Part shown: positions 63,899 through 64,000 of the stretch, one piece after another
Numbering within the stretch: position 1 is the first letter of the stretch
Layout: each line of letters starts with the position of its first letter
NCBI GenBank assembly: GCA_012959805.1
Contig: DUCN01000018.1
Span: 21,415-85,414, forward strand
Length of the DNA: 64,000 nucleotides
From: Myxococcales bacterium
GTDB taxonomy: Bacteria; Myxococcota_A; UBA9160; UBA4427
Direction of reading: 5' to 3'
Translations under genes and position numbers: made by a program
Notes under the pieces: generated by a model
What the model saw: only the letters and a program-made list of their open reading frames with translations
Database searches by the model: none
What the model was told of the DNA's origin: nothing

Positions 63899-64000
63899 CT
63901 CTTCATTTTCGCGCGTAAGCGCACAGCGGACGCTCAAGCCGATGACGTCGATGCGACCTGCGCAGTCGACTACACAGAACTCATGCTTGAACTTTGCTCT

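Noticed and set aside
1-64000. Looked for CRISPR repeats, IS/transposase or integrase genes, rRNA, and classical defence genes (restriction-modification, CBASS, retron, Abi)
   Set aside because: No regularly spaced direct repeats were seen. No transposase, integrase or reverse-transcriptase motifs appear in any listed ORF. Manual reading could miss short or degenerate repeats.

Overview
GC-rich bacterial chromosomal segment with dense coding on both strands. I found no rRNA, CRISPR array, IS element or prophage. Gene content and order look Myxococcota/deltaproteobacteria-like: a Myxococcus-style type IV pilus cluster plus RomR-like and MglA-like proteins.

Layout:
- 1-16.5 kb: type IV pilus (T4P) cluster on the minus strand. 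Transcription order is pilB-pilT-pilC-pilS-pilR, a second histidine kinase, then XRE-pilM-pilN-pilO-pilP-pilQ. A second sigma54 activator lies convergent on the plus strand. No pilin gene is present.
- 16.8-25.7 kb: housekeeping genes (ribF, lptF/G-like, hflKC, a stomatin-like protein with NfeD, coaBC, coaD, rsmD).
- 26-35 kb: cell-wall turnover island (lytic transglycosylase, PBP4, fused SpmA/B, AmgK-like, MurU-like, MBL hydrolase, AnmK).
- 35.4-39.8 kb: glycosyltransferase/methyltransferase cluster.
- 39.9-57 kb: signalling-rich stretch. It holds a membrane coiled-coil protein ending in a RelE/HigB-like domain, a PAS kinase with a response regulator, and a sigma54 activator followed by a near-consensus sigma54 promoter and a FliA-type sigma factor. 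It also holds a PP2C phosphatase, a RomR-like regulator, nadC-birA-coaX, and a tightly coupled three-gene operon.
- 57-64 kb: a trkA/trkH deletion remnant, sat, a TolB-like lipoprotein, a JAMM protease, an Rrf2 regulator, RNase R and tRNA-Leu(CAG).

The best candidate for an undescribed system is the coupled operon at 52.5-57.0 kb. It encodes a helical-repeat protein, an MglA-family GTPase whose Walker-A lysine is replaced by alanine, and a triple-GAF protein with a degenerate GGDEF motif.

All family assignments come from motif recognition by eye and from recalled reference sequences. No database search was run.
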